64,000 nucleotides of DNA from a virus. Taxonomy: Duplodnaviria > Caudoviricetes. A model generated the notes under the pieces. It had not been told where the DNA came from and searched no databases. It saw only the letters and a list, made by a program, of their open reading frames with translations. The translations under genes and the position numbers were made by a program. Shown here piece after piece: positions 63,224 to 64,000 of this stretch. The stretch lies in the IMG/VR virus record IMGVR_UViG_3300036773_000046, positions 1 to 64,000 of that record; one strand, written 5' to 3'. Each line of letters starts with the position of its first letter. Position 1 is the first letter of the stretch.

Positions 63224-64000
63224 AGTGGACCTTCGCCAGCGTACCCACGCGTGAGGTGGCACGCTGGTGGGATCAGCAGCCGTGTAACGTCAAGCACAGC
63301 GACGCGTCGCCGGGATCCGTCAAGTTTACGCGTGACGTGCGCGATAAGGTCCGGCGCGCCGAGCCACATCGCGTCGAGTTCATGCAGCTCGAACGCTGGA
63401 AGGGCAAGTGCGTCGTCGAGATCGGGTGCGGCATCGGCACCGAGGCGTTGGACTTTGCACGTGCGGGCGCACGCGTGTTCGCCTGCGACTTGTCCATTGA
63501 GTCGTTGCGAATTGCAACCACCCGCGCGTACTCTGAGCACTTGCAGGGGCAAGTGAAGTGGATCCACTGGAACGCCGAGCAGGAGCTGCATCACGAGCTG
63601 CGACGACGCAAGGCTGACCTGATCTACTCTTTCGGCGTGCTGCATCATACGCCCAACCCAGACACCGCGTTGCGTCACCTGCGTCAGATGGCTGGTCCCA
63701 AGACGGAACTTCGCATCATGCTTTACAATCGCTGGTCCACGAAGGGTCTACGCTTAGGACTCACCGACCGTAAGATCGCCAAAGGGTCGGAGGCGCGGGC
63801 CGACTCGCCGGTCACCTACGCATTCACGAAGAGACGCGCACGCACGCTGCTACGTAAGACTGGGTGGCAGGTGAAAAGCATTCACGTCGATCACATCTTC
63901 ATGTACGACGTAGACGCGTACCGTCGTGGTGAGTTCGTGCTCGCGTTTCCCTGGCGGCACCTACCCGCGTGGGTGCGAGATCAGATCAAGCGTTTGGTAG
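63220..64000 (+). CDS. Class I SAM-dependent methyltransferase (runs off the window edge)
   Basis: Translated by hand from GTG 63220: VVEIGCGIGTE, ACDLS and DLIYSFGVLHHTPNP. Open to the window end. Confidence 0.85.
   Translation, partial: MKWTFASVPTREVARWWDQQPCNVKHSDASPGSVKFTRDVRDKVRRAEPHRVEFMQLERWKGKCVVEIGCGIGTEALDFARAGARVFACDLSIESLRIATTRAYSEHLQGQVKWIHWNAEQELHHELRRRKADLIYSFGVLHHTPNPDTALRHLRQMAGPKTELRIMLYNRWSTKGLRLGLTDRKIAKGSEARADSPVTYAFTKRRARTLLRKTGWQVKSIHVDHIFMYDVDAYRRGEFVLAFPWRHLPAWVRDQIKRLV

Noticed and set aside
1-64000. tRNA/rRNA genes, integrase, repressor-lysogeny cassette
   Set aside because: None recognised by eye in this window. Lifestyle cannot be determined because the genome continues beyond both edges.

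Overview
This window covers most of the genome of a high-GC tailed (siphovirus-like) phage, probably infecting Actinobacteria. The left arm (1-44.8 kb, minus strand) holds, in coordinate order: tail genes; a tape measure protein with a lytic transglycosylase domain; overlapping tail-assembly-chaperone ORFs; neck genes; three Thr/Ala/Ser-rich virion proteins; the major tail protein; two capsid proteins; the prohead protease; MuF; portal; a putative holin; three GT-A glycosyltransferases; terminase; an RmlB-like dehydratase; many small ORFs; a repeat-rich non-coding region; and a split primase/helicase. The right arm (45-64 kb, plus strand) holds an endolysin, nucleotide-metabolism genes, PolA, ThyX, RuvC, an SNF2 helicase, a Cas4-like exonuclease, an intein-containing AAA recombinase, SSB, a T4-BGT-like glycosyltransferase and a SAM methyltransferase. 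Main candidates for new biology: (1) a cytosine hypermodification pathway (Asp-type ThyA homolog alongside ThyX, a kinase-UDG-fold fusion, a BGT-like enzyme and a methyltransferase); (2) a late glycosylation cluster with mucin-like virion proteins as possible substrates; (3) a beta-sandwich domain apparently split in order across three consecutive virion genes; (4) a structured non-coding RNA candidate; (5) a stand-alone degenerate prohead-protease paralog. All family calls come from motif recognition by eye and memory. No database searches were run.
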